From positions 434,001 through 498,000 of the forward strand of contig JABVCE010000005.1 in NCBI GenBank assembly GCA_014905635.1: DNA of 64,000 nucleotides, given 5' to 3'. The notes beneath the pieces were generated by a model, which searched no databases, was not told where the DNA came from, and worked only from the letters and a program-made list of their open reading frames with translations. Positions 19,804 to 31,180 of this stretch are shown piece by piece (position 1 is the first letter of the stretch; every line of letters begins with the position of its first letter). Made by a program: the position numbers and the translations under genes. Origin of the DNA: Scenedesmus sp. PABB004. Taxonomy: Eukaryota.

Positions 19804-21962
19804 TCACTCCGTCTTCAGCACGATGCCGAGGGGCACGTGGTCGGAGCCGGTGACGTGCTTCAGAATGTAGCTGTCGTGCACGCGGCCCGCGAGCGCCGCC
19901 GACACGAGGAAGTAGTCGAGCCGCCACCCCTTGCCCGTCTCGCGGGCCTTGGTCCTGCGCGGCGCGGCGCGCGGCGCGGTGCGGCGCGGCGCGGCGCGGC
20001 GCGGCGCGGCGCGGCGCGCGGGGGGCTCGGCCGGCCGCCGCCGCGCGCGCTGCGGCGCCGCCGCGGCGCCGCAGGCCCCGGGACGGCTGGCGCCGGTCGC
20101 GCCGCAGGCCCCGGGACAGCTGGCGCCGGTCGCGCCGCAGGCCCCGGGACGGCTGGCGCCGGTCGCGCCGCAGGCCCCGGGACGGCTGGCGCCGGTCGCG
20201 CCGCCAGCCGGCGCGCGGCGCGCACCTGTGGCTGTAGTATGTGTAGCCGACGGCGCTGGGGTGCTGCGCGCGAAAGGTGTCGACGAGCCCCGCGCGGCCG
20301 AGCAGGCCCGCGGCAAAGCTCTCCCGCTCCTCGACCGTGAAGCCGGCGCTGCGCAGGTTGCGCTTGGGGTCGTGGATGTCGATCGGCTGGGCCGCGCAGT
20401 TGAGGTCGCCGCCCTGCGGCCGGCGGCGGCGCGCGCGGGCGGTGCAGCCGGCGGGGCCGCGGCGAGCGGCGCGGCGGCGGCGCGCGGGCGCGCGCTGCGC
20501 ACCAGCACGACCGGCTTGCCGGCCGGGCCAGTCTGCAGGCTCTGCGGGGAGCGGCGCGCGCAGGGCGTGGGCGCGGGGTGTGGGCGCGGCGCTCGGCGCG
20601 CGGCGCGCGGCGCGCAACTGCGGCGCCCGCGCCGCGGCAGCGCCTGCGCCGCGCGGTCGACGCGCCTCGATGTAGTCCACGAACGCCGTGTCCCTGCGGC
20701 GCGGCACGGCACGGCGTGGCGGTGGTTGGCGCAGGGGGCCTCGCTGGCGCTCAGCAGCGGCACGCCGCGGCTGCGGCGCTCCCGCGCGCGGGTACCGCCG
20801 CCGCCGCGCCGCCGCCGCCGCCGCGCCGCACCACTCGGTGGTCCGGTAGGTGAGGCGCTTGAGCCCCTCGCCGCTGTTGGGCACGTACGCGTTCACGACG
20901 TACACATCGGCCAGCTCCACGGTCACCACGCGGCCCTCGTCGTCGTGCGCGGCCGCGCCGATGCCGAGCCGCGTGCTCAGCGGCTTGTCCCTGCCGGCGC
21001 GGCGGCGGCGCGGCGGCGCGTGGGCGCGGCCGGCACGCCGCGGCGGCGCCGGCCGCGCAGCGGCGCCGGCCGCGGCGGCGGCCCCGCGCGCCTGCAGAGC
21101 ACCGCGGTGCCGGAGTAGCCCTTCTTGGCGCTGGCGCAGTTGAACGTCGCGTGCCAGTCCCCGAGCCCCGCCGCGTGCACGGCCGCGTCGATGTGCTCCG
21201 CCTGCATCTTGTGCTCCTGCAGCAGCACCACGTCCAGCTGCTCCGACGCGACCAGCGACCTGATCGCCTCCGCGTCCTGCGCCGGGGCCGGCGGCGCCAC
21301 GGGCTCGGCCGGGCCGGCCGGCGGCGCGCGCCCGCGCCGCGCCCGCGCCCCCGCGCGCGCACCTTCTTGACGAGGGCGCGCATCCCGGCCACGTTCCACG
21401 AAATAATGCGGTGTGCGGCGCCCTCGAAGCGCGGCGGCCGCATGCTGACGTCGTAGAGCGGCCCTGGCGGCGCCTTTGGCGCGGCGGGCTTGCGCTTGGG
21501 CGGCGACTTGGCCTTGGCGCCGCCGGCCGCGCCGGGCTCGGCCGCCGCGTCCGCGGGCGGCGCCGTGGCGTCGCCCTCGGCCGCGGCCGCCTTGGCCTTC
21601 TTGGCCCTGCGGACCGGCGGCGCGGCGTGGGCCGGCGCGCCGCCCAGCGCGGCCGGCGCGCGCGGCTGCAGTCGCCGCGCCGCACCGTGGCGTGCTCGCG
21701 CGCGCGCGCTTGGGGCTGGGAGAGGCGGCGGCCACCTCGCTGGGCGGCTCGTCCTCGGTGGTCGACGCCGAGCGGCGCCGCCTGCGGGCAGCGCGGCGCG
21801 GCGCGAGAGCAGCAGCGGCGCGCGTCGGCTCTCCCCGCAGCGCGGGGGCGTCGGGCGCGGTGGCCGCGGCGGAGAGAGAGCCACGTACCTGGAGGGCGTG
21901 GCGCGCGCGGGCGTGGCCTCCTGCGCGTTGCCATCCTGCTGCTGCTTCTTGCGCGGCGCCAT
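19804..21962 (-). CDS. APE1: AP endonuclease of the ExoIII/APE1/ARP family, multi-exon
   Basis: [57 protein letters not shown] catalytic motifs. Confidence 0.93.
20066..20204. repeat. Intronic minisatellite, 33-bp unit x4 (gcgccgcaggccccgggacggctggcgccggtc), next to a (cgcgg)n tract
   Basis: Directly visible in the last intron of the AP endonuclease gene. Confidence 0.92.
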
Positions 21963-22414
21963 CGACGCCGCCGCCACGAGCCTGCGGCGCAGGTGGCAGC
22001 GCGCGCTCTCACAGGCGGACCAGCGCACTCCCAAGGCTCTCTCTTCCTCCCACGCACCGCGGCGCACTGGCGCCCTGCGGCGGCGCCCCGAGCGGCGAGA
22101 GCCCGAGCAGCGGCAGCAGCTGCTGGCGGCGCACGGCGGCGGCGAGGCGCCCGAGCATGGTCCTGCGACTGACCGGTCTGGCAGGGCCGAGGGGACCGCC
22201 GTGACAGCGTTGACGAGCGACGCCGCGTTACACCGGCGCAGGGTTCTCCCGGCTGTGCCCTGGTGGCCGTCTTCACAGCATGCCCGTGGCGCGTTCCCGC
22301 CCGCTCCCTCACCCGCCCGCCCTCGCCGCCCGTCCATGAAATGTTCGCCCCCGGTCAGCAGCCACAACCCTGGAGCGGCAACGAGGTCAGTCGGTCACGC
22401 ACGCGCGGCGCGCC

Positions 22415-25040
22415 TCACTTGCGGCCCCTGGCCTTGCCGCCGCCCTTGGCCCTGCCGCCGCCCGCGGCCGCGGCGGCCGCCGCCGCCGCCGCGCTGCCGT
22501 CTGCGCCGTCGCCCGGTGCCGGCTTGGTGCGCGCGGCGGCCTTCTTGCCGGCGGGCGCCGGCCAGCTGGGGTCGGGCGTGTGCGACACGTAGCGCTTGAC
22601 GGTCGGCAGGCCTGCGCGGCGGGCGGCGGCGGCGGCGGCGGGCGCGGGCGCGGGCGCGGGAGCTCAGCAGCGGCGCCGCGGCAGCGCCGCTGCGGGCGGC
22701 GGCCGTCGCTGCCGCGCCTGTTGGCGCGCGCGCGCGCGGGCACTCACTCCTGTGGTCCCGCGTGTACTCGGCGGCCTCGTTGCGCCAAAACTCGAGCGGC
22801 TTGTGGCGCTGCCGCGTCGACACGCGCCGGCCGTCCGACGCCACCGCCAGGCCGTCGCCTGCGGGCGCAAAGCAGGCGCGGCGAGCGCCGGCGTGAGCTG
22901 CCGGGCGCCGCGCGGCACGCGACGGCGCCGGCGAGCGGGGCAGGCGCGCGCCGCGGCCGCCGCGCTGCCCACCCGCCAGGCTCTTGCGGCTCTTGCAGAA
23001 CCGCCCCTCGCGCGGCGTGGCGGCCGCGGCGTAGCGGCGCTTGGCCCCGCGCGCCGGCGGCTCCGCGGGCGTGAGCGCCGGCACGGCCGCCGCGTCGCCG
23101 CCCGGCTCGGCCGCGGCCCGCTCGGCCGCCGCGCCGCGCCGGGCGCTGGCCGGCGTCAGCCGCGGCGGCGGCGAGGGCGAGGGCACTGCCGCGGCGGCTG
23201 GGTCGACGGAGTCGTCGCCCCCCGCGCCGCCGTACTCGTCGCCGCAGTCCTCATCGTCCCAGCCCGCCGCGTCGCAGCCCGCGTCCGCGCTCGCGCCGCC
23301 GTCCGCGCTCGCGCCGCCGTCCGCGGCGGCGCGCGCGGCGGCAGCGGCGGCCTCGGCCGCGGCCGCGCGCTCGCGCGCCGCCTGCAGCGCCTCGGCGCCG
23401 GCCTGCGTGCGGCCCGCGCTGTACTGCAGCGCCGCATCGGCAAAGCCCGGCCGCGCGGCGGGCGCGCGCAGGACGCTGGCGGCGGCCGCGCGCGTGCGCG
23501 GCGTGAAGGCCGGCAGGCTGGCGGTGGGCGAGTCGGGGCCGACGCAGATGTCTGCGCTCGCCACGGCCGCGGCAGTCGCAGCGGCGGCCCGTGAGTGCCA
23601 GCGGTCCCAGCCGCGGGCCCCCGCGCTGCGCCGCCGCGGCCGCCCGCACCTGCAACCATGCTGTGCACCTGCTCCAGCGCCGCGGCCAGCTCCGCCTGGC
23701 TCACGCCGTCCTCGGGCGTGGCGCCCGCGTCAAACGCCGCGCACAGCTGCTTGTCGAGCGGCGTGGCCGCCGCAAACGCGCCAAACTTCTCGGGCACGCC
23801 CTCGACCGGCGTGAACGCTGGCGCCGGCGTGGCGCCGCCGCGCCCGCGCCGCGCGCTGCCGCCGGCGCGCGCCGCGCCGGCGGGCCGGAAGCCGCGCGCC
23901 GTCTCGGGCACGCCCTCGAGCGGCGTGAAGGCAAAGGAGGGCCCCGGCGAGGCCGCGGCGGCCGCCACCGCGGCGCGGCGCGTCGCGCGCGGCCGCGTGC
24001 GCATCTCGGGCACGCCCTCAACCGGCGACCAGCCCGCGCGCAGGCTGCTGCCGGGCGTGGCCGCGGCGGCCGCGGCCGACGCGCGGCGCGTGCCGGGCGT
24101 GCGCGCGGCGGCCGCGGCCGCCTGCGCCGCCGCGGCGGCCGCGGCCTCCTCCGCCGCGGCGGCGGCCGCCGCCGCCTCCGCCGCCGCCTCTGCCCGCGCC
24201 GCCGCCTCGGCCTCCGCGGCCGCGCGCTCCGCGGCCTCCGCCGCGGCCGCCGCACGCGCCGCCTCTGCCGCCGCCGCGGCCGCGTCCTCGGCGCGCCAGC
24301 GCAGCACCGCCTCCTCGAGCGGCCGGATGTCGTTGGCAAACGTGTGGCGCTTGGTGACGCGCCCCGTGCCGCGCGCGCGCCAGGGCCGGGGGATGTTGCT
24401 CAGCAGCCGCGGCAGCGGCGGCCCCGGCGCCTCGCTCACCGCCGGCGGCTGCGCAGCGGCGGCGGCGGCTGCTGCCGCTGCCGCCGCGGCCGCGGCAGCT
24501 GCCACGGCAGCCGCCCTGAGCTCCGCCGCCGCCGCCGCCGCCGCCGTGCCCGTGGGCACCGGCGACGCGGGCGGCGGCGCCAGCGCCAGCCTCGAGGCCG
24601 CCGGTGACCGGGGCGGCAGCGACTGCGACGGCGGCGCTGCGGCCGCGGGCGTCGCCGCGGGCGCCGGCGCGGCTGCAGGCGGCGGCGCCACCGCCGCGGG
24701 CGTCGCCGCCGGCGCCGCCTGGTTCTCCTTGCCCGGCGCCTGCTGCTGCGCCGCGGCAGCGCCCGGCTTCACCGGCGGCGCGACGGGCTCATCGGCGAGC
24801 TCGGCCAGGAGGTCAAAGTCGCTGCGCCGGCGGCGGCGGCGGCGGCGGCGGTTGGGCCGCGCGGGCGGCGCGCGCGCAATGCACTGCGGCGCACGCGGCC
24901 GCCGCCGCGCGGCCCCGGGGCGCGGGCCGCGCTGCCCCGTGCCCGTGAGGTCACCTGGAGGTGACGGCGAACGACCGCAACGCCGTGACGGGGCCCGTGC
25001 CCTGCCGGCGGGGCACGAGCGTGCGCTTGCTGTCGACCAT
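22415..25040 (-). CDS. CENPC: Centromere protein C (CENP-C/Mif2)-like kinetochore protein, 5 exons
   Basis: RKSLA|GDGLAVASDGRRVSTRQRHKPLEFWRNEAAEYTRDHRS|LPTV matches the plant CENP-C motif RKSLA...RRSTRIKSRPLEYWRGE...Y.R.H.SL.TV; intron phases are consistent. Confidence 0.85.
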
Positions 25041-25443
25041 TGTGTTGCTGTTGCTGCCGGCCCGCCCCGAGCCTGCGGCGCCCCGGCACGCTGCGAGGGT
25101 GCGGCCTGCGGCTCGTGGGGGCTGCAGGCCAGCTGCCTGCCGCCCGCGTCGCCCGCGGGGGCAGCAGGCGCGCTCAACGTCCGCTCGCCATGCGGGCCCG
25201 ACAGCTGGGGCGCGGCGCGCGACGGGAGGCTGTGGCGGGTCGCGGGGCGTCGGGAGGGACCGCGGGGGCGGGCCGGGGGCGCGCCAAATTCGCGCGCGGG
25301 CGCCCTGAGACCTGGCGCCGACGCAGCGGCCCTGTGGCCGCCGGGCGGGTCGCAGAAAACTCCCGAGTGGAGAGACGCCAACTCGGCCAGGCCGTCCGGG
25401 CAGGCAGCTCGCGCCGCGGCGCGGCAGCAGCTGGCGGGGTGCA

Positions 25444-26681
25444 ATGCGACTCCTGGCCGCCCGCCGGGCGCTGCTGGCGGGCCGGCAGGGGCCGCCCTGG
25501 CCCTCCCAGGCCGCCAGCCACCGCCCAACGCGCCGCGGCGCCGGGTCCGAGCCGCCGAGCGGCGGCGCGCCGGGCCGCCGCTGCCGGCACGCCGCGGCCG
25601 CCTGCTGCGGCGCCGGCCACCAGCAGCCCGCAGCTGGCGCCGCCGCCAGCAGGAGCAGCAGCAGCAGCAGCCCTCAGCGCGAGCAGCAGCAGCCGCGGCC
25701 GCCGCGCTTCTACGCGCCCGCGCTGCCGGCGTGCGTCGGCGGCTCGGTGGAGCTCGACCCGGACGAGGCCCGCCACGCGCTGCGCGCGCTGCGCCTGCGC
25801 CCCGGCGACGCGCTGGAGCTGTGCGACGGCCGCGGCGGGCTGGTCGCGTGCGAGCTGGCGCAGAGCGGCCGCGCCGGCGCGGCGGCGGTCGCCGTGGGCG
25901 AGCCGGTGCGCATGGGCTGGGCGGGCCCGCGGTGGGTGCTGGCGGCGGCCTGCCTCACGCTGAAGGGCGGCCGCGGCGACTGGCTGGTCGAAAAGGCGAC
26001 CGAGCTGGGCGCGCACGCGCTGCTGCCGCTCGTCACCGAGCGCGCGGCGACGGGCGCGGCGCGGGGCAAGTTCAGGGCGCTCGCCAGCAAGGCCGCCGGC
26101 GCCCGCGCCGGCGGCGCGGCGGCGCCGGAGGCGGTGCAGGCAGCGGCGGGCGGCGGCGGCGACTTTGCACAGCCCAGCCGGCTGCAGCGCCTCGCGCTCG
26201 CGGCGACAAAGCAGAGCCTGCGCGCGCACGCGCTGCAGCTGGAGCCCCCGACGCCGCTGAGCGAGCTCCTGCCGGCTCTGCGCGCGGCGCCGCTGAGCCT
26301 CGTGGCCACAGCGGGCGCGTCACCGGTGCTGCAGGTGCTGCGCGAGGCGGCCGCAGGAGCGCCGGGCGGCGCGGCGGCCTGGTGAGCCTGGCGCGCGCGC
26401 GCGCAGTGTGCAGGGGCAGGGGCGGGAGGGGGCAGGCCGCGCGCCGCGGCAGCTCACGCCGCCCTGCGCCGCGCAGGTGCGGCCAGCCCTGCTACCTGCT
26501 GGTCGGTCCAGAGGGCGACTGGACGCCCAGCGAGGTCGCCGCGCTCGCGGCGGCAGGCGTGCGGCCCGTCGGCCTGGGCACCAGCCGGCTGCGCACCGAG
26601 ACGGCAGCGCTGGCGCTGCTGTCGGCGGCGGTGCTGCAGCAGGAGCTCGCAGGCAGCGCGGCGGGGGCGGCAGCCGCGTGA
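25444..26681 (+). CDS. rsmE: RsmE-family 16S rRNA m3U1498 SPOUT methyltransferase, likely organelle-targeted, 2 exons
   Basis: EARHALRALRLRPGD, DWLVEKATELG, AATKQS, LLVGPEGDWTPSE, LGTSRLRTETAAL. Confidence 0.92.
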
Positions 26682-26870
26682 AAGGCACAGCGGGCGCGTG
26701 GCAGTCACACGCAGACGTCACAGGGCGGCCACCGCCCCTGCTGCGAGACGCAGGGGCGCGCCGTGCCGTGTCGCCACCGGCAACGCCCGTGCGAGGCCAG
26801 TCGGTCGGTGTCGCCGGCCCCGCTCCGCGGCCTGACAGCCGTGGCCTCGGCGCCGGGCACCGCCGTCAGG

Positions 26871-27575
26871 TCACCACACGCCCGGCAGCCAGCGCGCGCG
26901 CACGCGGCGCTGATATGCGGCATAGCCGGGCAGCCCAGCACGCAGCACGCCCTCCTCGGCCAGCGTGCGCGCAGCGAGCACGGCGGCGCGGAGCAGCACA
27001 ACGGCAAAGGCCCACGTCGAGCGGAGCAGCACAGCCTCGCCAAGGGACTGCACGACAAAGCCAGCATACCCGGGGTGCCGCACGGCCGCGTACGGGCCTG
27101 CGTCGCACACGCGGTGACCGCGCTCGGGCTGCACGCGCACCACCGAAGAGAACCAGGTGTTGGCCAGCATCGCCCAGGCCTCCAGCCCCAGCCCGGCGGC
27201 GTCCAGCGCGAGCGCGGCGGCGAGCGCGGCCGGCGGCAGCGGCGCGCCGGCGCGCCCCCAGCGGCGCTGCAGCCCCGCGGCGGCCCAGGCGAGCGGCGTG
27301 AGCGCGACCACGGCCGGCGCAAGCCACCTGTCAAAGGCGGCGGTGCCGGCGTTGGACAGGAAGCGCTCACGCTCGCGGTAGAGGCTCGGATTGTCGCGCC
27401 AGATGCCGACCGCGGTCGGCACCATCACCGCCAGTTGCAGGCCGATCGCCGCCCACGCGTCGCGCCACGCCCAGTCGCCCGACACGCCGCAGGTCAGCGC
27501 CGGCAGCAGCGCGACGGCCAGGCAGGTTTTGGCCGCGCGGCGCCAGGTCCAGCTGAAGCTGTCGTCGCCGGCCAT
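26871..27575 (-). CDS. Intronless ICMT/Ste14/PEMT-family integral-membrane methyltransferase, prokaryote-like
   Basis: NTWFSSVVRVQPERGHRVCDAGPYAAVRHPGYAG...RTLAEEGVLRAGLPGYAAYQRRVRARWLPGVW. Confidence 0.88.
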   Translation of the reverse strand: MAGDDSFSWTWRRAAKTCLAVALLPALTCGVSGDWAWRDAWAAIGLQLAVMVPTAVGIWRDNPSLYRERERFLSNAGTAAFDRWLAPAVVALTPLAWAAAGLQRRWGRAGAPLPPAALAAALALDAAGLGLEAWAMLANTWFSSVVRVQPERGHRVCDAGPYAAVRHPGYAGFVVQSLGEAVLLRSTWAFAVVLLRAAVLAARTLAEEGVLRAGLPGYAAYQRRVRARWLPGVW

Positions 27576-27763
27576 GACAGTGGAAGCTTGCAGCAGCGCC
27601 GCCGGCGGTGGTGCAGTGCGCGCGCAGCTGCGCCTCTCGGCAGAGCAGCGCCGACGGCGGTGGCGCAGTGCACGGTCAGCGGTTCCTTTCGCCGTGCCGG
27701 TTCGACACCGAAAAACTATACTGCCAAGCCACTGGCGGTAGGCTGGCGGTCCCCACGGGCGCA

Positions 27764-28312
27764 GGCGGCGAGCAGCGGCGGCAACGGATGGCGAGCGGGC
27801 GGCAGCGGCGGCGCGCTGGTGCGGGGGGCGCGTCCGGGCGGCGGTTGCGTGTCGACGGCGATTGGTTCAGCTGGGGGCGGGGCGTCCGAAAGGGCGCGGA
27901 GGGCAGCGGCGGCTCTGCGGCGCAGGGCCCCCGCTGACGCTGACGTTGGCGCAGCGGCCCGCTGCCGCTGCCGTGGCGCCCTGGCAGGCCCAAGAGCGCT
28001 CCTCAGCAGCCGGTGGCAGCCTGGCAGCTCTGCCTGCCAGGCGCCCGCGGCGCAGCCAGGCGACGCAGCCAGGCCTGGCCCGCGTCGCGCTTGAGCGACG
28101 GAGAGAGCTCCGCCGGTGTCGATTGGTTGCAGTTGCAGTGCGCCGTACTGATAGCGTTCACAGCTCAACAGTGATGCTCACCAAGCTTGCCACGCGGCCG
28201 ATAAGAAGACAACAGAGCGCAGGAGGGGGGCGAGGCCCCGTGCCGTGGCGCGAGCCCGCGCGGGCGAGTCCCCGCGCCTTGCCGAGGCGCCGCGCAGGCC
28301 CGGTCAACCAAA
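27764..28312 (-). repeat. Inverted repeat copy B2 (~549 bp), ~190 bp upstream of the ICMT-like gene; partner at 17974-18518
   Basis: Reverse-complement match to 17974-18518. Confidence 0.93.
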
Positions 28313-28526
28313 CCAAATCGCCTGCCCGGAGTACGCGCCGCAAGAGCGCTGCCAGAGCGCTGCGCGCCGCCTCAAGGGCTGCACCAAGCAACTTGCGTCT
28401 GGTGTCCACCCGCCCGCCCAATCCACATACCCAAATCCACAACAGCCCGGGAGTGCGGCGCGCGCGACACATGCCTGCCGGCGGGCGGACGCCCCGGCGT
28501 TATACACAGCGCCCGCCGGTTGGGGT

Positions 28527-28790
28527 TCAGTCACGCACAAAGGAAAGGCACTCGAGGAAGCAGCAGCGCACCGGCACGCCCGCGGCCGTGTACGCGCGGG
28601 CCCAGCGCCGCCACGCGGCGCCGCCAAACTCGCCGAAGCAGCGCGCGTAAAAGTGGGGGAATGCGATCAGGGCGAGGTGCCCGAGCTGCGGGTTGGTGAA
28701 GCCAGGGTGCGCCGCCGCGGCGGCGTCGGCGTAGGGCTTGTGCTCCCTGCGGCGGCGCACGCGGCGGCGCGCGCGGTGTGAGGCCGGCGC

Positions 28791-28883
<93 letters not shown>

Positions 28884-30032
28884 AGGGCGGGGCGCGGGGC
28901 GCCGCGCGGCGCGCACCGCATGAGGTCCAGCAGGCGCTCCTTGGCGGCGTCCGAGGCGACGCGCTTGACCTCCACCACCAGCGGCCGGCGGCAGCCGGCG
29001 CGGCGGAACGCTGCCATGAGCTCCGCCAGCGTCGGCGCGTGCAGCCCGGGGCGGCCCGCGATGTGCAGGCGCTTCAGCTGCGCCAGCGTCAGGTCCTGGG
29101 CGCGCGCGCGCGCGGGCGGGCGCGCGTGGGCAGCCGCTGCCGGCGGCCCCGCCGGCGCGGCGGCCGCCGCCGCCGCCACGGCGCGCCGCCGGCAGCTGCA
29201 CACAGGGCTCACCGCCACGTGCGCCGCCGTGCCCGGCTGGCGCAGGCCCTCCGCCCGCAGCTGGTCATAGACCGCCAGGTTGGGCCCCGCGGGGGGGAAG
29301 GCGCGCCCCAGCGCAAAGTCATGCAGCACCACCAGCTCGCCGTCGGCCGTCTCCTGCGCGCGGCGACGGCCGTGCTCGCCCTCCGCCCCTCGCCCGCTGC
29401 GCCGCGCCGCCGGCCGCGCGCCCGCGCACGCCCCTCCCCGCGCGCGCCTGTATGTCGACCTCGACGTAGTGGAGGTCGACCACCGGGCCGGAGGGGCCGT
29501 TGTCCTCTGCAATGAGCGCCAGCATGCCCTCGACCGTGTTCTCGCAGTGCCCGCCGTCGTCGTAGCCGTGCGCGCCCGCGCGGTGGCCGCGGATGTACTC
29601 CACGCGCGCCGCCGCCTGGCGCCAGCACCACACCAGCAGCGCGCACCACGCGCCGGCCGCGAGCAGCAGCGGCCGCGCGCCGAGCGCGGCGCACGCGGCC
29701 GCCGAGGCGCCAGCGAGCAGCAGCAGCTCCCTGCGCGGCGGCGCGCGGCGGCGCGCGGCGGCGGGCGCCACGGTCCACCTCACCGCGCGGCGCCACCTGA
29801 CCGCACGGCCGCCCCCGCCGCCGCCGCGCGCGCTCCGCGGCCGCACGCGCTCTGCCGCCGGCGCGCCGGCCGCGGCGCACCTCCAGAACAGCGGCAGGCT
29901 TCGCAGCACCATGAGCTTGAACATGACCGTCATCCAGAACAGCCGCACCAGCCGCCAGGGGTGCTGGTAGCCCGTGAGGTGCAGCAGGCGCGGGTCGTGG
30001 GGCGCCGCAGGCCCCGGCGCCGCGCGGGCCAT
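28527..30032 (-). CDS. Membrane-anchored, divergent glycerophosphodiester phosphodiesterase (GDPD/GlpQ-like), 5 exons
   Basis: ENT, VEVDIQ|ETADGELVVLHD, DLTLAQLKRL, PTLAE, VEVK; N-terminal hydrophobic segments; the canonical AHRG motif reads AHGY. Confidence 0.78.
28790..28880. repeat. (GGC)n microsatellite in the last GDPD intron
   Basis: Directly visible. Confidence 0.9.
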
Positions 30033-31180
30033 GCTGCTGCTGCTGCTGCTGCTCGCGCAGGCCCCGGCCCCGCGCGGGGCCCCTGGCGCTGCGCCGAGTG
30101 CGCCCGTCAGACCGAGCGCTCCGCGTGCTTGGCCATGAGCGCGCGTGCGGAGCGCGCCGCGGCCGGGGAGGTGCGAACGGTGCGCGGGTGGTGGTGCGCG
30201 GCCGGCGGACGGCTGAGGAGGGACGGCTCCACGCGCGCCAAGCGCGACGCCTGCACGCCAGGGCGGCGGCGCTGGGAAATGTCGCCGCCAGCGACGCAAC
30301 GGCGCGACGGCGGCAGCGCGACAAAACCCAGCTCCCCGCCCCTGGCAGCCGCACGTCCCGCGTCCCTGCACGGATCAGGGCCCACCGGCGTGCCGCAGGC
30401 CGCGCGGCGGCGGGCGGCGTCGGGCGGCACCCGCGCCGGACAGCGGCGCGCCGCAGCTGCGCCCCTCCCAACGCGCGCACGGCGGCGCGCCGTTCGTGCA
30501 GCGGTCGTACAGAACGGGGCGCCCGTCCCCGGCGGCGGCGGCGGGGCTTCGCTGGGCGCGCGCCGGGCAGCAGCGCGTGCGCTCGCGTGACGCCGTGGCG
30601 CGCAAAGCTCCCGGCGCCAAACGGCGCACGGGGGACGCCAAACCGGTCTTGTGCACCCGTGGGCCGGTGCAGCCCGCGCCGCAGGCCGCCAGGCCGCCAG
30701 GCAGCGGCGGCGCGCTGCGGTCGCGTCAGCGTCCGCGCAACCTGCTGCTCCACCGCGCCGCGTCGGCCGCGCCATGCCCGCCGTGCCGCACGCGCCGCGC
30801 CCATCCTCCAGCACACCACCGCCCGTCGCGCCAGGCCAGGCGGCGCCGGCAGTCGCGGTCGCGCTCACCCGGCAGCAGCAGCAGCCACAGGTGCGGCGAT
30901 CGAGGCGCCTGTGCTCGCGTTAGGTGCCGCACAGGACCACACGGGCCCTCGGGCCGCTGGATCGCTGCTCGCCGCGCCGAACGGGCTGCGACCCCGGCGC
31001 TGACTCGCGCGCCGCGCCCTGCGTCCCTGGGCCGCCCCGCGGGGTCGCCACGCCGCGCGTCGGCGCGCGTGCGGGTGCTACCAGGCCAACGCCTGCCGGC
31101 GCGCGGGCGGCGAGCCGCGCCCAGCCCGCCTGCTCCGCCTCCCTCAACGCAAACGCTCGCCCCGCCGCAGGCGAGGCGCC

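Noticed and set aside
20066..20204. CRISPR-like array (33-bp repeats)
   Set aside because: Head-to-tail units with no spacers, inside a eukaryotic intron, no cas genes
23595..26681. 1028-aa plus-strand ORF
   Set aside because: Antisense shadow of CENP-C running on into the last RsmE exon; not a real gene
17974..28312. DNA transposon with long TIRs, or a MITE
   Set aside because: No transposase, no TSD seen, no terminal inverted ends within each copy; the enclosed genes include core housekeeping genes
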